Source: Octopus vulgaris (taxonomy: Eukaryota). From it: a DNA stretch of 64,000 nucleotides. Below the pieces are notes generated by a model. It was not told the DNA's origin and did no database searches. It was given only the letters and a program-made list of their open reading frames with translations. Shown here piece by piece: positions 25,516-39,577 of this stretch; within the stretch, counting starts at the first letter, position 1, and every line of letters starts with the position of its first letter. The stretch is taken from contig OX597815.1 in the NCBI GenBank assembly GCA_951406725.2, positions 24,614,001 to 24,678,000 of the forward strand. Reading direction: 5' to 3'. A program made the translations under genes and the position numbers.

Positions 25516-26787
25516 TATTGGTGAAATGTGGCTCATTAAAAGAAAAACAGGTAACACAATATAATAAATCAAAACAACTAAATGCAATAACTAAAACTGG
25601 GCATGCATCAAATATGCAGCATTTGAGTTCTGTCTTGCAACTGATTGAAAAGGGTTGCAATTCAATTTCTCTCTTTGAAAATCTTCTTTGCACAGAAGGA
25701 AGTCAATTTACATGAAAGATTCATTTAGCATAAATTACAAGTTCAAAGGATTTAGGATAGAATAGGTAAAACTCATATAGCTATCAATAACTTCAAAATA
25801 AAAACATGCAGAAATTATACAGAAAATTGGAAATAACAAAACTTGATAAGAAAAAAAAAAGCATTTTTATCACAAAAAAAAAAGAAAAATCCAACAAATG
25901 AAAATGATTCCATTATAATGATTCCATTATAATGATTACTTTAAATTCTTGTTACAATGATTATTTTTATTCTTTATTATTTTTAACTGCAATAAACATT
26001 CCTAAAAAGCCTTTTTAATTTATTTTATTTTATTCTATAATAAAGTAATAATTATCCTATAATTTCATTACTCTCACATTTTATCTGCTGTATATAAAAT
26101 ATTAATTTAATGTTGGACTCTTTTCTGAGGCTTATGTGGAGATTAGTATGCTTTCTTCCTAAACCCTCAATAGAAAAAGCAATATTATTCTAGTATCCCT
26201 TTATTGCTATGTCTATAATACAGTTTTATTCAGCATTATGACACATTCTCTTCCTGTTGGAAGGCAAGTACTTGGCTAACACGTCCAGTTTGCCTTCAGC
26301 TCCAGCCAACATGAAACATAGAATTAACCTTAACTCTAACAGCATAAAGATGTTAAAGACAAGAAGATGATAAAACATATTTATAAATACACTGAATGAA
26401 AAAAAACCAAAAAAACTACCAATTCCTTTCCAGTATAAAGTTAAGGAATAATTGTTGATTTTACAAATTGCAAGAGTAAGATGTATGTAAATATTTGGTT
26501 TTAGTTCTTGAGATAATCTAAACATAATAGTTTGAGATAAAAAGGCAAAGTTATGAGTGGAAGTTGATATTAGTTACATTGGTTGGCATTTAACTCTTAA
26601 ATATTTCTTTGATCTGCACTTTTCATTTAAGTATCCCACCATCACCATCAGTATTGTTACTCACCTAGCTGAACCTGCTTTGATTGCCTCTACATCTAAC
26701 TACAAATATGTTTTGTTTGGTCTACCTACTGCATGTTTGTAAGAAGACGTGTACATAAGCTCTGTGTGTGTGAGACGGAGAGATAGA

Positions 26788-26856
<69 letters not shown>

Positions 26857-28381
26857 ATTTAAAATTCTGTATATCCATTAGCTCCTATCCCATATAGAAA
26901 CAGTTCTGCAGCTGCTGCATAATAGTCATGTCTCCACTCTTATAAAAATCTTTAAACAATTATTTTAATAATAATACTAATGAAATTATTGTATACAGTG
27001 CTCAGGTGCACCACAACTTGTCAAAGGTGCGTATAAAGCATATGCAGTAATGTACAAATGTCTGGAAAGTGAACAGTGTATGAGTCAGATACATACTTGC
27101 ATCTAACTCCTACACATTTTAATACATTAGAGCAAACATTTTCTTGTAACATTCATTTAGCATTTCTTATAGACATTTAAAGTCTTTGGAAATAATGAAT
27201 TTGAGTATGTTCAATGAATTGAATGCCTGCAAAACAACCAAATCGGGTATCTGAAACTTGTGAGATGGAAAAACAATCACAGCTCAGTTCCTTTGCAAAC
27301 TTAGAATCTAGATCAATATTATAGTATCAAGTATAGTTGATTTTGAATTTCCTTTTTAGCTAAGCATGGCATTTGGACATATTCTAATGTAATCAAATAC
27401 TTATAAATAAATTAAAAAAAAAAACCTTTCTGTCTTATGTAAATATGTTTTATCAACTTCAGATTATTTTTTAACACTTGTAAATTTAAAGCTAAATAGA
27501 ACTCCCACCAAATAACCACTAGTTACACAAAACTTTACTGGTTTTTATTCCTAACAGAAGAACTCAAAATAACTTTCATGAAATTTCTGGCTTAATTCTT
27601 CCTTGGCTGAAATTTTTGCTAAGTAATTTTGTTTTTAAATATTTTCTGGAGAAGCACCTTAAGAAGAGATGAAAAAGAGTTTTTAATATGCTATAAACTT
27701 GAAAACATCTAATTAAAAGCTGGTTAGAGGTATTGTAATTTTCAGAAATTTAATAAACACACAGAGAGTCAAAAATAAAATAAACATACACCAAACATTA
27801 AAAATAAAGAATGTAAAAGGATAGGAAAAGAGGAGACTACAACATAGAAATAAGAAACATGTTTTGTTTTTAGAAAATATAGACAATTATATGATATTGG
27901 AATAGGAAGGAATTCAGAGAGTCACCATGATCTTCCATGCCATCAAGAAAATTCCTAGAAATTTCACACAACAAAGAATCATATTACACACAGCCAGTTT
28001 AAGTTTCCATAAAAATACATTTCTTCAGCTAGATATATTATATTTATTTGATAATGAACGAAGTATTGCAGCTGTAAGTTTAAATTGTTTTTGAATTTGA
28101 TAAAGTATTAATAGCAACATTTTAACATTCATGGATTAATTATAATTAGAATCTTCAAAGGACTTAAAAGTTCAAAGTATTAATTATATTTGGCTGATAA
28201 GGAACTATGTGATATATCAAAATATTTATTAACCAAACAAACCAATTGCTCATTCCAATTACAAGCATATTTAATAATTCTTGATTATCTTAATATTCAA
28301 TGATTTTAAGGAAAACAATTTTTAAACTTTCAATGCAATAAAGACTAACCATTCAAAAAGAATAGGAATTTAGTTCAAAAC

Positions 28382-28429
<48 letters not shown>

Positions 28430-28796
28430 TATATGTTTCATGGCTTTAGGAAAGTGATTTTTCAGTGGATTTAGTTTACCGTTTATGCACCATTACAAGC
28501 TGTGTAAATATGATTCATATTTGTTTATATTTATGGGATAGAATGAAAGGCAGAAAATATGTGATACCAAGTGAGGTTTGAAATGAGTTATATGTGTGAG
28601 TTTGTGTTTGCGTCTGTGTATGTGTCTGAGTGCATATGTATATGGTAGACATTATTTGTTTGTGACAATGGTGAATAGAGTGATAGTGACTGCTTAATAG
28701 AGCAGGGAAAAGAGATGGAAGTGCAATTTGGGCAACAGAACAACAACTGCTAATGAATGCAGCTAGTGAATGCAGCAGAGCTATGGAATAAAATAC

Positions 28797-28823
28797 CTCC
28801 ATGGTTGACTGGGAGCATTCAAT
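28797..28823 (-). CDS. candidate 27-nt cassette microexon of Itpr (R-LNAPSQPW-R)
   Basis: CTAAT...TTTGCTGCCCACAG acceptor and GAG|GTATTT donor; in frame and stop-free in a phase-2 intron; no transcript evidence. Confidence 0.45.
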
Positions 28824-31539
28824 CTGTGGGCAGCAAATGTCACAGATAAAAGATTAGCACCATAACATATAAAGGAACAATTTTTTACTAATACAACAAT
28901 AAATGTACACAACAATAACAACCATAAAAATACACAACAATAACAACAACATTATCAAATAAGCAAGATGCTGATTTTTTTTTCATTCATTAAAAAAAAA
29001 AATTTTCTGTAATTCTGACAAAAACATTAGTAGAAAGTTTTTGAATGATAACAATGGCTTAACAAATTTCAAATTTTACATTAGTTCTTGAAAAAAAAAA
29101 AAAGAAAAAATCAAAGCAGTCATTCTAGAATACAAAAATTCTTTGTAATTTTATTAGAGTCCTATATTAGAGTCCTTATCACACATTGTACAATATAATT
29201 ATATTTCTCAGCTTTCTCTAATATGTATATGAAAAAGAGGAAAAGGGGGTTGATATGTCATTGTTTGCTACAGCAAACATTGAAAATAATTTCAAATTTT
29301 GGCACAGAGCTAGTAGTTTCTGAGCATAAGAGGAAGAAGATTACAACACCCCTAGTACATGGTTGGTGCTTATTTTATCAAGTATAAGAGGCAAAGTCAA
29401 ACACAGCAGAATTTGAACTCGAAACTTAAAGATGAGTAGAATGCTGCTAAGCATTTTGTTAGGTGTGCTAACAGTTCTTTTCTACTCTAGGCACAATGCC
29501 CAAAATTTCAGGGGAGGTGGCCAGTCGATTAGATTGATCGCAGTATGCAACAGGTACTTAATTTATCGATCCTGAAAGGATGAAAGGCAAAGTCGACCTT
29601 GGCAGAATTTGAACTCAGAACGTAGAGACAGATGAAATACTGCTAAGCATTTTGCCTGGCATGCAAACATTTCTGCCAACTCGACACATCATCATCATCA
29701 TCATCATTATTTAATGTCTGTTTTCCATGCTGGCATGGACTGGACGGTTTGACTGGGGACTGCAAGCTAGTAGGCTGCACCAGGCTCCAATCTGATCTGG
29801 CAAGGATTCTACAACTGGTACCTTTAATAATAATAATGATAATAATAATGATGGTGATGATGATATATTATCCAGAATAAAACAATACAGCTCACACTCA
29901 GTATATGTTCTTGTCTTTGTAATCTATATTTTGAAAGCCTTTTTTCTCTCTTTTTACATGATCCAAGAATGTAAACTCAACAGGACCAGGAGCAGTGTTG
30001 AACAAATAACATTACACTACCATGCCTGCTCTAGGTTGTGGCTTGGCAGGTATTTGTTATCTAACCAATATCAAAAGGAAAATAACAATGATAATAATAA
30101 TAATAATAATAATAATAATATGTGAAAACAACATCCATCTATGAATTTATTTATTTATTAATTTTTAAATACATATTTTATCTGTGAATTTGTGTGCGTA
30201 ATCTGGGAAGGCATACAATGAGCTTCTCTGCCCTAGGTGTATGGAAAACACTCGGCGAGAATCGGAAGAAAATTTGAAGAAAGAAGGAAAAAACATAATA
30301 ATAATAATAATATTGTGTCAATAATTGTTGGTGCCCTAGGTAGAGTGAACAAAGAAATACAAATGTGATAGGAAAAGGTAGGCATAAAAAGGGAAATAAA
30401 TCATATCCAGAGAACAGCATTCCTTGGCAGTTCAAGGAGTTTCTGTAAATCCTTGAGAGTTGAAAAAGAACATGCAGCCCTAATTCTCAGGAAGTGAACA
30501 GCTGGTATGTTAATGACACTGCCAGCAACAAGCTGAGTATGTTAGGTATTATTATACCAAACATACTCATAACAATAATAATAATAATCTTTTCTAATAT
30601 AGACACAAGGCCAGAAATTTTGAGGAGGGAGTTAGTTGATTACAATGACCCCAGTTCATGACTGATACATATTTTATCAGCCACCAAAAGAATGAAAAGC
30701 AAAGATAACTTTGGTGGAGTTTGAGCTCAGAATGTAAAGACGGACAAAATGACACAAAGTACAGCATGGTAACAATTCTACCAGCCCACTAAGTCAATAA
30801 TAATTAATAAATGAATAAATAAATAAAAACTGAAGTTCTCTCAAAATATTTTGAAAATACCAAATAATTCAGAGGCAGTCTAACGGGCATTCAGAAATGT
30901 CCCAAAATGCTCTGCAATAATAAAACACAAGGCAGAGAAATTTCTGTGAATGACTAAACCTAGGTTAAAAAGAAAGATCACTTAGACATATGAGGGACAC
31001 TGTTTGTTGCCACATTATGCTTGAAATCACTATTACATGAAAAACTATATCCAAACATTCAGACCCATAAATATCAGTCCAAAACATTTCTATCAGAACT
31101 TCTTAAAAAAGCTCTACCTCTGATACTCAACTCAAACATAAAAATTCATTCAAACAGAAACAGCTGCAAACATTTGTAGCATCACAGCCTCACAGATAGC
31201 ATTGCTTCTGTGCCAAAGGACTGATCTAAAATTAGGAATGTCCAAGATATCAATAAAATCTTGTGTCAGTATAAATAAATAAATATATCATCATCATCAT
31301 CGTTTAACATCTGCTTTCCATGCTAGCATGGGTTGGACAATTTGATTGAGGACTGGCAAATCAGATAGCTGCACCAGGCTCCAATCTTGATATAGCAGAG
31401 TTTCTACAGCTGGATGCCCTTCCTAATGCCAACCACTCCGACAGTGTAGTGGGTGCTTTTACGTGCCACCAGCATGAGGGCCAGTCAGGTGGTACTGGCA
31501 ACGGCTGTGAAAAAATCATGTATTATATATATATATATA

Positions 31540-32576
31540 TCCAGGATACAGTGGATATATTAGGGGGTGACACTTCAGTTTTATGAGCAGTGCAAAAGTG
31601 GGTAACTAAATTTAGGAAGAGAAAAGAGAGTCCTGAAACTGACCCAATGTATGGACATCCTGCAACCAAGGAAAGCCTCTGAGGAAAACATGGATCATGT
31701 TCACCACATAGTAATATGGATGACAAGTGATTGACACTAAATCAAATAGCCAATACTATTAGCAGATCCTGTGAGAAAGCTGAGAATATTCTGCACAATG
31801 AACTCAGCATGACGAAGGTTTCTGCTTAATGAGTAATACATATTCTGACACCTGATCAAAAACACACCAGATTGATTATATTATGGGAAAATCTGACATT
31901 GTTTGAGGCAGATCCAGCTGGTTTCCCAGAACATTTCCTTAGTCAGGATGAGTATTGGGTTGATCACTTTGAGTCAGAGACAAAGAAACAATCCATGCAG
32001 TGGAAATGCTCTTCCTCACCCACTCCAAAGAAGACCAAGGTCAATTCATCAGCAGGGAAGGTGATGCCCTCCGGGTTTTGGGACACAAAGACCTCTTTCT
32101 ATTAACTATCTTCAAAAGGGCCGCACCAACTGTGGAAAATACTATGCCAACTTGCTGAGGCAGTTACAAAAGGCTATCAAGACCAAATGCCCTGGAAAAC
32201 TGACAAAAGGAGTCTTGTTTCATCAACACAGTGCTCTAGCACTGAAATCTTTGGTTTCAATTTCTGTTGTACATAAATGTGGCTTTGAACTGGTTAATCA
32301 CCCTCCTTATTCTTCTAATTTGGTTCCATTTGTTCTTCAACATGGAAAAATACTTGGTTGGGAACCAGTATTGCAGTGATGATGATTTTATATCTGCTCT
32401 TGATGACTTTTTTAACCAACAGGATGAGATTCTTTACTAATGGTGTCCACACACTGCAACAATGATGGAAGAAGGATATGGACCACAAGGGGACCATGTT
32501 GAAAAATAAACATCACTTGGTCACATTCTATGGGGGTATCTTGGTCAGCCTATGAACTTAGCAGCTAACCCTCATA
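31540..32576 (+). pseudogene. mariner (Tc1/mariner) transposase relic with right TIR
   Basis: Degenerate WVPHxL, QDExW, AGKVM..FWD, FHQ and HPPYSxxL motifs with stops and frameshifts; ends in a GAACTTAGCAGCTAACCCTCATA TIR-like sequence. Confidence 0.85.
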
Positions 32577-34649
32577 TAAAGAAAGGCTAACGAAAATGCT
32601 GATCTGAACTTATGAATATATTTTAACCGAATCTTTCATACCTCCATACTTCCAGTGCACCAACATTTTTTATTCTAACACACACATATGTATATATAAG
32701 CAACCTTATTCAGCTGACATTAATGGACTGCATAAAATTTAAATACGAATAATAAAATATGAATTATGGAAACAATAAAAATACTGAGAGAAATCAATTT
32801 AATTTAACAAATTAAATAGAGAACAATGAACAAAAAGAATTTGTCCAGCTGTAACTTCAATTCTAATTATTTTTGGATCTGAAATATAAATTATATTCTA
32901 CTTTAATATATATGCATGACTGCTGAGTTTTTGAATTTATATTTAAACTTGGGCTTAAGATATTTTAACAGCATGCAGTTTAATCAATAAGAAAAATGAA
33001 GCCATCGGATAACATAGTCCAGCTGTGATAATGTACTTTAAATGTTTTAGGAAAACAATTTTCATTTAAACTATCTTCATATGAACACACAAATTGGAAT
33101 GTATAAAAACAATTAAGGATTAAAATGGGAGAAAAATTAATAGAATATGAAATGCATTCTGGCAATTTAAATGAAGACAATCTTCAGGCAAGAAAAAATA
33201 TTATATTCATGAACTTTTCCCTATCAATTAAATATTACATTCCATGTTATTTTCTGTGGATAACAGAGAAGGTATTTTTCAGCATACTGAGACTGGTAAA
33301 ATATTCATGTAGAGATTTGGTAAGGAATTTAATAAAAAATTGTGTGTTGAAAAGATATTGTTACATTTTGGTAGAGCCATATCATTAATTTATCAAACAC
33401 ATGCACCAATAAATTTTTTCCGTATTCCACTTAATCAGCTGTAGTTTTTAAATAATTGGCATAAAAGAGTAAATGAAATACAAGGTAAACATTCAAAGTA
33501 AAGGAATCAGCAGTGAAACTTTTAGCCCAATATAGTGATTTAACAATACTGCTTCCTGCTAGAGATTTGATTTTTTATTTGGAATATTATTAAAATTGTG
33601 TAGTTTTACTAATATTTTGTGCATGTAGCACTATTTCAGTGATGATTTTAGTTTAATGTAATGGGTCTTTGTGTTCTCTGCTATGTGATAAATCCTTGTT
33701 TTTAAGTGTGGCAAGACCATTGGAGAGAATTATATGTAACATTGGTGACCTGATACTGAAATATTTCTTCAGGAAATAGTCCTCACCCGCAAATGATACT
33801 TTTGTAGGACAGTACTGAGCAAAGGTTAACCAAAATTGTGCATGGCTAACGTGTCAAAGCTGTCTATTGTTTTTGTTTCAAAGAGGAACCTCTAGTGGCA
33901 TTGTTCACATAATGGCTTAATTTATTTTCTTCTAAACCACATAGATGCATTTCGTTTTCAATACGGCTGCTGACCTTCTTCTTCACATGTAACCTCATGG
34001 TACCTTACGCATGTGTACAAGTACCCAACATGTATGTCTCGCCTCACTTCAGCTTAATTTTTCCTGCTTGCCACCATTGGTGTAAAATTTGATCTTGCTT
34101 CATCTTGGATTTGTTTTATGATTATTTGAAAGGAATATAGAACAAAACACACTGAGGACTAATATTTCTTTTTATTGCCATATTAATGATCACTTTTCTT
34201 TGCAGGAGTTGCTGTGTGGTAAGTAGCTTGTTTACCAACCATATGGTTCCGGGTTCAGTCCCATTGCATGGCACCTTGGGCAAGTGTCTTCTACTATAGC
34301 CTCAGGCTGACCAAAGCCTTGTGAGTGGATTTGGTAGACGGAAACTGAAAGAAGCCCGTTATATATATGTATATATATATATGCATGTGTGTGTTTGTGT
34401 GTCTGTGTTTGTCCCCCTAGCATTGCTTGACAAACGATGCTGGTGTGTTTATGTCCCTGTTACTTAGCGGTTCGGCAAAAGAGACCGATAGAATAAGTAC
34501 TGGGCTTACAAAAGAATAAGTTCCGGGGTTGAGTTGCTTGATTAAAGGCGGTGCTCCAGCATGGCTGCAGTCAAATGACTGAAACAAGTAAAAGAGTAAA
34601 AGAGAGAGAGAGTAACCATGCTCACCACATTTTATCAGTTCATACGTGC

Positions 34650-34850
34650 TACATTTCTTGGCTGGTATGAATCACACTATGTTATCAGAATTCAGTGGTG
34701 ATGTAAGAGTTTGGTTTGTGCAGATGGAGGCCTATTTCGCTATGAACAACATTAAATCGGAGCAGCAACAGCTACACATTTTGTTGAGCACCATACCTTC
34801 ATCCCTGGTGATTCATTTGAAAGATCTTATCACGCCTAGGTCACCAGTGT
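34650..34850 (+). mobile_element. Ty3/gypsy gag N-terminal relic
   Basis: LSEFSGDVRVWFVQMEAYF...QQLHILLSTIP...LKDLI resembles the gypsy gag N-terminal F..D...WF.Q.EA.F motif. Confidence 0.55.
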
Positions 34851-35666
34851 TACATGTGAGTCACTAATGTCAGTCAGAAGGAATGTCTCCTATATGTAAC
34901 ATGTTCAAATTGTAACATGATGCATGTAGTTAGCATTTTCAGAAGGCAGTTCATAGAAAGAACCCAATTTCAGTGATTTCTTAAAGAGGCATGAATAACG
35001 AATATTGAGAAGGTAAGTTTATAAAACAAAAACATTGAAATTTATTCAGTAATGTAATGAGTGCTAGCAAGTGGTAACAAAGATTAATCTTGCATATGAA
35101 TGGGAACCAAATGTATGTATATGCAAGACAGGAAAAATCACATGACTTACTATATACACTGAGATTTATATGAAGCAGAGTGGAAGCTAATATTAATCAT
35201 ATGAGTTGCGTGTAGTTGGTGGTGGACACAGAAAATGCGACATGTTGAAGAAAGTGATGTTGCTTCTATGCCATTAAATTCACAACTGCTCAAGCCATTC
35301 CAAAAAGGCACACGATACTGGTGAGCAGAAGATGCTATTTGTATTATTACACCTCCAGCTCTGATTGGCTGGAGTCTGCCAAAGCACAACTGAACTAAGC
35401 CACAACAACAAAATAGATTTTTCCTGTCAAGCTGATATGATTTAATAAATAAAGGATGTTTGAATTTATTTTGTTCTTAAGATTCAATTATCAAGTTTTA
35501 ACTCTCATTTCATTAACAGCTAGATTCATTGTCTCAATAAAAATAGTATCCATTCTTTCCTTCCAGTTAATGAAATGAAATCATCCACAAAAATACTGTG
35601 GATGATTTTGTTTTTTCTATGATTTTTTCAATATGTATTTAACACAATGTTTATAATGTGATGAAC

Positions 35667-36066
35667 TTGGCGTTTTTTCTAGCGGTGTCATATGAAATTG
35701 TCACCCATAATTATGACCCTAGTATTGATCTATTGCATTTCAATCTATTTTAGATTTAGGGTTGGTTAGGGTTAGGGGTGGGGGGAAGGGTATCTTTTTT
35801 TCTTCACAAATGTAAATAAACCCAATCTGTTTCTTAAACGAGGGACATATTCATACGGCACAGAATGCTTTTTAACTCAATAGACGCCAGTGATTGGTTG
35901 AAATTGCAGAAATTAAAGACCAAATATCTTACAAACTATAGAATTTTCTCAATAAAGTCAAGAGAAAATGATGTTTTATAAACATATTCTACCAGTATAC
36001 GAAGTTTATAATTTTTTAGTTACCTAGAAATTATGTTAAAAACTGCCGTTCAAACCGAAAAGATCC
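35667..36066. mobile_element. unclassified interspersed DNA repeat with internal TTAGGG-like run
   Basis: GC-richer block with CpGs retained, GTTAGGGTTAGGGG internally and an AACTGCCGTTCAAACCGAAAAGATCC end; class not resolved. Confidence 0.4.
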
Positions 36067-37562
36067 GTAAACTCATACATTATAGGAACTATTTTTGTTT
36101 GAGTTTTCTTGATGAAAAGACTAATGTTTGATATAGTGGTGATATGCTCTATCAGCATGCTTTTAGTATTAGTATATTGAAGAAAATCCGATATATGGTG
36201 TGTTATATATACACCTACTTTTGAATTAGCAACAGTATTGATATACAGTATTGGTGGAGCAGTTAATTTATAAGGATGACTGTGTATAGACAGCCTTAGA
36301 AATATGACTGAACACGACAATGACATATACTCAAGATCATAACAAGCACAAGGTAAGATAATATCTATATAAACATCATTTGGTGATGTGTAAAGCAATA
36401 TTTGTAATCTAGTATAATGCTTCATAAAAAATAATAAAATCTCCAAGTTTCAATACTATACGTCAGAACACTCACATGTATAGACACACATGCGATTATT
36501 TCAGCTTTGATAAACTGAAGACCACCATCTTCATATAAATGGCTTCATAGATAATACAACAAAATTTACAAATAGTGAAATGCAATATATTTCATACAAA
36601 ATAAAATATCAGATAAGACTGCAAAATTGTTGTTGGCAAGAGAAACTAAGATGGTAGAAAACTGCAGATTAATAAACCATTTATGAAATCTAACTCATTG
36701 TCATGATGAAGGAATGCATTTGTTGTCACATGAAATTATTCTTAGTTACTTAACCATTTTCCTCCCAATGCTGCTTTCATTAGTTTGATGTTACATTTGA
36801 TTTGTATTAATGGGATGACGGCATAATATTAATTTCCAAATTTGGTGTCCAGAGGTAATTTTTCATCTGAGAACTGAACTTTACTACCATATTTTGCACA
36901 TTTTGCATCTTCACATCCAACATATCTTTATTAATGAAAGAATTAAGGATAGCTAAGTGTTAAAATAGATAAGATTTGCTAATCAACTCTATGAGGTGTT
37001 GGCCTATAGATCAAAAATGACTGCATTCCAATCTTCATTACATATCTGACAATATTGATTCACTCAGAATTGTTGCAGTTGAGGGAAAGCAATTCAGAAG
37101 ATTGCTCAAACTGAGTACTATATGATTTATATACTTTTCTGGAAGAAGATTCAAAATTTTAAAATTCGGATCACTTACCATTTTATTTAGTGAGGCTAGC
37201 ATAGTTATTTCTTGAACCATCTATATATCAAGTTCAATTTCCACAATGAGCTATTAAGCTGCGATTTTACCATTGCTAAACTTTTTTTTTAGCAAATATC
37301 AACAAAAATCACCTTCTGGCAAAAAAATGTGTTCTTATGTAAAATTTCAGCATAACTGTGATCTAAAACCTAGATCATAGATTCACTTTATATGCAAAGA
37401 TTAACAAACCTGAATAAAAGGAATGATGAAATAAAAAAAATCTGGAAATAACTGAATCCTAAAAGAAAATTTCCTTTTAAAATTTTACATCTCTTTTTGT
37501 CAGCTGTAGATGACATATATTTGAAATACCTGCAGATTAAGAAACAAAGAGAATCAACTTAC

Positions 37563-37735
37563 CTTGGTTCCCGGTTCTTGCGAACCAAAGCAATAAATGT
37601 TTCAATTTCTGATTCAGTGATGTGTTCTTCTAAAAGCTTCCTGTTATTGTGAAGAAGAGCTGTGATGGTATCTTCAGCAAGTACATCATATCCAATCTGT
37701 TTTTGCATGAATGGAAACTGTTTGGCAATGTATTC
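37563..37735 (-). CDS. Itpr: IP3 receptor exon ([36 protein letters not shown]...KNREP)
   Basis: CAG acceptor and GTAAGT donor; 173 nt, phase 0 to 2; near-identical to ITPR RIH segment. Confidence 0.96.
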
Positions 37736-38159
37736 CTGAAAATCAATAGCATCATCATAATCATCATTATCTTCATTAACATCATAATTAGAAATATCAT
37801 CATCATCATCATCACTACCATCACCACTATCATCATCATCATCATCATCATTTAAATCTATTTTCCACACTGACATAGACAGGATTAGATATTACAGTTC
37901 ATGTTAGTTTCTATTTGGAGTAACTGCTTTCCTAGACAAAGCAAAAGACAATTCTTTAATTGTATGTTTGATTTTCCACATGGTTTCTAGGGTTGCATGT
38001 ACTTCCTAGCACCAAGCATTTTTACAAGATGTGTTTCATCATAGTACCAGCACTAGAAAGCTATTTATGCTCATGATGTGACAAAAGAGTCCCTCTTATT
38101 CTGCATCATCTACATACAAATGTCAACCACTCAACAGAATATACTTGGTGCATTCTGTA

Positions 38160-38387
38160 GGCGAGCTGGCAGAAACATTAGCACACCGGGCAAAATGCTT
38201 ACCAGCATTTCGTCTGTCTTTATGTTCTGAGTTCAAATTCCGCCGAGGTTGACTTTGCCTTTCATCCTTTCGGGGTCGATAAATTAAGTACCAGTTATGC
38301 ACTGGGGTCGATGTAAGCGACTTAATCCCTTCGTCTGTCCTTGTTTGTTCCCTCTATGTTTATCCCCTTGTGGGAAATAAAGAAATA
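38160..38387 (+). mobile_element. Meta-type SINE with ~20-bp TSD
   Basis: Near-consensus body; TSD AGAATRTACTTGGTGCATT. Confidence 0.85.
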
Positions 38388-38831
38388 AGAATGTACTTGG
38401 TGCATTTTTATCATGGCACCAACATTGAAGAGTTTACCCTGTTCCCTACAAAAGACTAAGTAGTCCTCTCTAATCTATACAGTCATTAAGAAAATAAGCT
38501 GAAAATGGTTATAAGGGGAAAAAGTGTTTTCAGTTACAGCAGATGGATTATATCCTCTTGGATTTTCTCACATCTTGCTCAGTTCATATGCTGGACTTAC
38601 ACTTTATGCAACAACATTATTTCCTCACTTACTCACAATGCACAGTGACTCAAAATATTACATTCTTCACTCTTTCTTCATGCAACAACTAACACACTAA
38701 ATTCTGTTAGAACCCTCCTCTGAACTAACTGTTGCCACCACAGACTGGTATCAATTTCTATAGATTACAGGTTTATCATAGTTTAATTGAGTTGTTTTGA
38801 AGATTTTGAAGCCTGAAAACAGTAATTAATT

Positions 38832-39340
38832 TTGTTGTATTTAGGAATGGTCATATTGCCAGTTTAGCCAATAAAAACACACGCACTATATATTTGGTGT
38901 TAATTTGCTTCAGCTTTATTTATTTTTTACATTAATCTTAATCTTATTTTGGCCAGAGTTCTTTAGTTACACTTCTGTGACCTCATCAGTGGTCCTTTGC
39001 TTTCTTCTTTCTTATTTGTGTGTCTCTCCTTACTTACGGTCAGCCATTTTGTATTCCTGTTGTATGTGTCTTTATTTGCACATGTGTACACCCCTATGTG
39101 TGTCTATGTTTAGTTAGTGTGTGTGGGGAGAGTGCCTGTAATATTTGTATCTCCTGTTTATACACATTCATGCAATTTGTTTTTGTTTATTTTGTTCATG
39201 TGTTTATACCTACTTATTATTATCATTATTATTATTATTTTTTTATTGGCTAAACTGGCAACATGACCATTCCTAAATACAACAATATCTGTTTCAACAC
39301 ACGATTTCACATCAAGAATCTTGCAAAACAAATATATAAA
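38832..39340. mobile_element. Penelope-like element fragment with 45-bp inverted repeats and a hammerhead-like motif
   Basis: TTGTTGTATTTAGGAATGGTCATRTTGCCAGTTTAGCCAATAAAA inverted at 38832-38876 and 39241-39285; AGTAATTAATTT direct flanks; CTGATGAG core on the minus strand at ~38951-38995. Confidence 0.65.
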
Positions 39341-39418
39341 AGTAATTAATTTGTAATTTCTAAATTCCTAGTTTCATTACAATCATAAGGAAGAAAGAAA
39401 ATTCAATGATTGGCTTAC

Positions 39419-39577
39419 TTGATTTTTTCGATAGCTTTGTTGGGAAAGATTGAGAATTCGATAGCATAACTGACAGATATATCGGTAATTTGAATGGCGT
39501 TGATCAGCAAGTTCTTCCATGCGAAGAAATGGTCTTTCACCAGTATCTTTAAATGGTGCTTGAAGAATTTTGAAAAT
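39419..39577 (-). CDS. Itpr: IP3 receptor exon (IFKILQAPF...[17 protein letters not shown])
   Basis: CAG acceptor and GTAAGC donor; 159 nt, phase 0 to 0; IP3-binding YRK motif. Confidence 0.96.

Noticed and set aside
22770-25940. Short tandem duplications (30-mer at 22770-22850, 22-mer at 23362-23400, 14-mer at 25903-25937)
   Set aside because: Ordinary slippage products with no sign of function.
35151-35389. 79-codon ORF ending at a GTAAGT donor
   Set aside because: Phases are incompatible, the junction TA|A makes a stop, and there is no recognisable homology.
37179-37220. 42-nt cassette with GTAAGT donor
   Set aside because: TAA in the Itpr frame and a poor polypyrimidine tract.
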